Source: Deferribacterales bacterium
GTDB lineage: Bacteria; Chrysiogenota; Deferribacteres; Deferribacterales; Geovibrionaceae
Assembly: GCA_050253075.1 (NCBI GenBank)
Contig: JBFWJS010000002.1
Span: forward strand, 256,001-320,000
Direction: 5' to 3'
DNA length: 64,000 bases
The translations under genes were made by a program, and so were the position numbers. Each line of letters opens with the position of its first letter. Within the stretch, counting starts at the first letter, position 1. The notes beneath the pieces were generated by a model, which worked only from the letters and a program-made list of their open reading frames with translations, searched no databases and had not been told where the DNA came from. Positions 61,496-64,000 of this stretch are shown one piece after another.

Positions 61496-61687
61496 CTAGT
61501 GCTTGTGCGCACCGCAACATGAACCGTCAGTATCGCAACCGTCCTTCTTATCCTTGCTGTCGCTGCAGCACCCGCCGCTGCTATGCTCAGACCCGCAGCC
61601 GCAACCTTTCCCTTTTACGATGTAATAGGCGAGGTATAAAACAGCCGTGAGAACTATCCCAAATACAATCAATGTTTCGTAAGACAT
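61496..61687 (-). CDS. FeoB-associated Cys-rich membrane protein-like small protein
   Basis: One N-terminal TM followed by GCGCGS..GCCS..GC..SCC; SD GGAGG; start moved to ATG 61687. Confidence 0.7.
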   Translation of the reverse strand: MSYETLIVFGIVLTAVLYLAYYIVKGKGCGCGSEHSSGGCCSDSKDKKDGCDTDGSCCGAHKH

Positions 61688-61708
61688 AACAGCCTCCAAT
61701 TCCTAAAT

Positions 61709-61731
61709 AATGAAACTGATTATCAATATCA
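61709..61731. promoter_or_regulatory. Fur-like box upstream of the Cys-rich membrane protein
   Basis: Minus strand GATATTGATAATCAGTTTCATTA. Confidence 0.55.
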
Positions 61732-61899
61732 TCCATAAGAATATATGTCAATGAAAATCGTATGAAAAACGCTGACAATCGTACATAGCCCTTGATAAAA
61801 TATCCTTCGGGGTATTATGTAATGTATCTGCCTGAAACACTGTGGAATTATTTGCATTTTCACGGTAAAATATTATGAAATCAAAGAAAAGGCTAAAAA

Positions 61900-63129
61900 A
61901 TGAAAGCAAAAGAAAGAAAGAAGCTGTGCATCGCCATGGTCGGACTGCCCGCACGGGGTAAATCCACCCATGCGAAGAAGATAATAGAGAACCTGTCGAA
62001 GGAAAATCTGAACGTTGACGTTTTCAACAACGGAGACCTTCGCCGTAAATATATCAAAGAAAACACTGCATCGTACGAATTCTATAACCCAGACAATGCA
62101 AACGCCGCAAAGATACGGGAAGAACTCGCCATGATAAACATCTATGATGCAAAAGAATTTCTGGACACCACAGGAGACATAGCCATCATAGACGCAGCAA
62201 ACGTCACTCGCACACGCAGGCAAAAGATCATAGACGAAATGGACGGATACAACATACTCTTCATCGAGTGCATCAACGAGGAGGAGGACTTCCTCAAGAT
62301 ATGCATAGATACCAAAACCGAACTGCTCGAATTCAGCCATCTGCCGAAAGAAGAGGCACACCAGAACTTCCTCAAACGCATTGAATATTACAAGCTGAGA
62401 TATGATGAGCTCACCGACGAGCCAAACTACATCGTCATAGACTCGCTGAATAATAAAGTGCTCCGAGAGCGTGATCAGGGGATCCCTTACTATCACCTAA
62501 TCAGAGACATTCTCGTATCGGACTGGATACACAACCTATATCTCATCCGCCACGGTCAGACATACTTCAACCTTGAAAACCGCATAGGAGGAGACTCCGA
62601 GCTGACCGAAAGGGGCATCAGGCAGGGCTTAGACCTCGCAAAGCATTTCAAAGACACAGACATACACTATGTATTCAGCAGTACAAAAAAGCGCACTCTG
62701 GCAATAGCGGACGAGATAAAGAAAGTAAAACCGACTGTGGAGATCATCCCTTTTGAAGAATTTGACGAGATAGACACCGGGGACTGCGACTCCATCACAT
62801 ATGACGAGCTCAGGCTGAACTATCCCGACCTGTACGAGACCAGATCAAAGGACAAATACAACTTTACCTATCCAAACGGAGAGAGCTACCGCACCCTGCG
62901 CAGACGTGTGCAGATAGGTCTGAAAAAGGCGCTCTTCCTCAGCGGAGGCGCAGAAAACATTATCATCATCGGTCACAGAGCCGTAAACCGCATAATACTC
63001 TCCCTCTTCGAGTTTAGAAACGTGGATGATGTGCCGTACATCTACATCCCTCAGGACAGGTATTTCCAGATAACGGCGACCAGATATAAGAAACTTATAG
63101 AAATGAAGAAATTCACCGAATTCGATTAA
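61900..63129 (+). CDS. Bifunctional 6-phosphofructo-2-kinase / fructose-2,6-bisphosphatase-like protein
   Basis: MVGLPARGKS, FNNGDLRR, IDAANVTRTRR, FLKRIEYY in the kinase half; LIRHGQT, RIGGDS.L, YPNGESY, IGHRAV in the histidine phosphatase half. Confidence 0.88.
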   Translation: MKAKERKKLCIAMVGLPARGKSTHAKKIIENLSKENLNVDVFNNGDLRRKYIKENTASYEFYNPDNANAAKIREELAMINIYDAKEFLDTTGDIAIIDAANVTRTRRQKIIDEMDGYNILFIECINEEEDFLKICIDTKTELLEFSHLPKEEAHQNFLKRIEYYKLRYDELTDEPNYIVIDSLNNKVLRERDQGIPYYHLIRDILVSDWIHNLYLIRHGQTYFNLENRIGGDSELTERGIRQGLDLAKHFKDTDIHYVFSSTKKRTLAIADEIKKVKPTVEIIPFEEFDEIDTGDCDSITYDELRLNYPDLYETRSKDKYNFTYPNGESYRTLRRRVQIGLKKALFLSGGAENIIIIGHRAVNRIILSLFEFRNVDDVPYIYIPQDRYFQITATRYKKLIEMKKFTEFD

Positions 63130-63168
63130 AAAAAGGGCGGAGTATCAACCCCGCCCATTATAGCTTTA

Positions 63169-64000
63169 TCAGAATGTCATGCCCGCCTGAACCAGCAGTC
63201 TGCTGTTATACTCGGGCTCGCTTTCCACCTTAGCCCCGCCCACTGCATAAGCGAAATAAGACTTCATAAAAAATGTTTTATAATAGGCGTAAAATCCAGC
63301 CCCCACATCTGAGAGACTTCTCCCGCCTTCGTCGGAGAAATCATCCTGAGGTTTCACATATGCAGTATCGCCGAAAACACTGACCATAGTGACCAGCTTA
63401 TTCACATCAGGCAGTCTGTAAAAGAGCTCTGCATTCAGGATATATCCGTTCTCTGCGCTCTGCTCACTGCTTGGGAAAACTCTCACACCGTAAGCTCCGC
63501 CTATTGAGAGGTCTTCGCTTCCGTCGAGGTTTTTATCATTCAGTACTTGCTGAGCCTGAAAAGACGTAGAAAGACTCCATTGACGGTTGAAGTCAACTTT
63601 CTGCTTTGCTGATGCAGCCAGAATGTGGTAAGTCCCCTGAGTATCAGCACCGATAGCGTCTAAATCTTCGGCTTCGGAATTATCAAAGCTGAGAGTGCCA
63701 ATAGTATATGAACCTTTTGCCTCGGATGTTGTTCTGAATCCAAACATAGAATAAGTTTTCTTATAGCTGATGCCGGCTTTTGCAGAAAGAGTGTCTTTTT
63801 CATCAACACTGTCAAAAAGTTCTATTTCATCCTTCATCTGTCTGGATGTAAATGCGAGGGTCGCATATGCGCTCTCGAACTTTGAGAGGAGCAGCGGATA
63901 GCTGAACTCCATTTCGATAGTGTCGGAATCACCCTTTGCATCGAGGGAATCATACTCTTCTTCCAGCGAATATGCCGTCTTTGAATATGATATCTCTCCT
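63169..64000 (-). CDS. ShlB/FhaC/HecB (TpsB) family outer-membrane transporter, 5' part outside window
   Basis: Frame open to the window end; KNLDGSEDLSIGGAYGVRVF (VRG-like motif); beta-strands; C-terminal Phe. Confidence 0.82.
   Translation of the reverse strand, partial: GEISYSKTAYSLEEEYDSLDAKGDSDTIEMEFSYPLLLSKFESAYATLAFTSRQMKDEIELFDSVDEKDTLSAKAGISYKKTYSMFGFRTTSEAKGSYTIGTLSFDNSEAEDLDAIGADTQGTYHILAASAKQKVDFNRQWSLSTSFQAQQVLNDKNLDGSEDLSIGGAYGVRVFPSSEQSAENGYILNAELFYRLPDVNKLVTMVSVFGDTAYVKPQDDFSDEGGRSLSDVGAGFYAYYKTFFMKSYFAYAVGGAKVESEPEYNSRLLVQAGMTF

Noticed and set aside
1..64000. CRISPR array, tRNA/rRNA, prophage, integrase or transposase
   Set aside because: No regularly spaced repeats, cloverleaf or rRNA signatures, or such ORFs were seen

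Overview
Bacterial chromosomal window from an anaerobic or microaerobic respirer. Gene content and style suggest a Deferribacterota-like organism, but this is inference only. It is mostly housekeeping and energy metabolism: sdhCDA (sdhA truncated by the window edge), a 2-oxoacid:ferredoxin oxidoreductase, cytochrome c peroxidase plus peroxiredoxin, proVWX, typA, a TRAP transporter, a hybOABCD [NiFe] hydrogenase, rbsDACB with a LacI regulator and rbsK, a citrate lyase operon, and a partial TpsB. I saw no rRNA, tRNA, CRISPR, prophage or transposase. The most notable signals are non-coding. (1) A perfect sigma54 promoter with repeated palindromic enhancer-like sites lies directly downstream of an NtrC-type two-component system and drives an ORF-less, multi-hairpin transcript of about 85-280 nt converging on the hydrogenase operon. 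(2) Two further candidate sRNAs each lie divergent from a regulator. (3) A 231-bp MITE with a CGTC-type REP core has inserted into terminator hairpins with 10-11 bp target duplications. Unusual coding features are a putative amidoligase plus gamma-glutamylcyclotransferase pair, a eukaryote-like PFK-2/FBPase-2, a GTDC1/QTMAN-like glycosyltransferase, a stand-alone FliG C-terminal-domain protein, and a DUF296 gene inside the citrate lyase operon. All family calls come from motif recognition by eye, not database searches.
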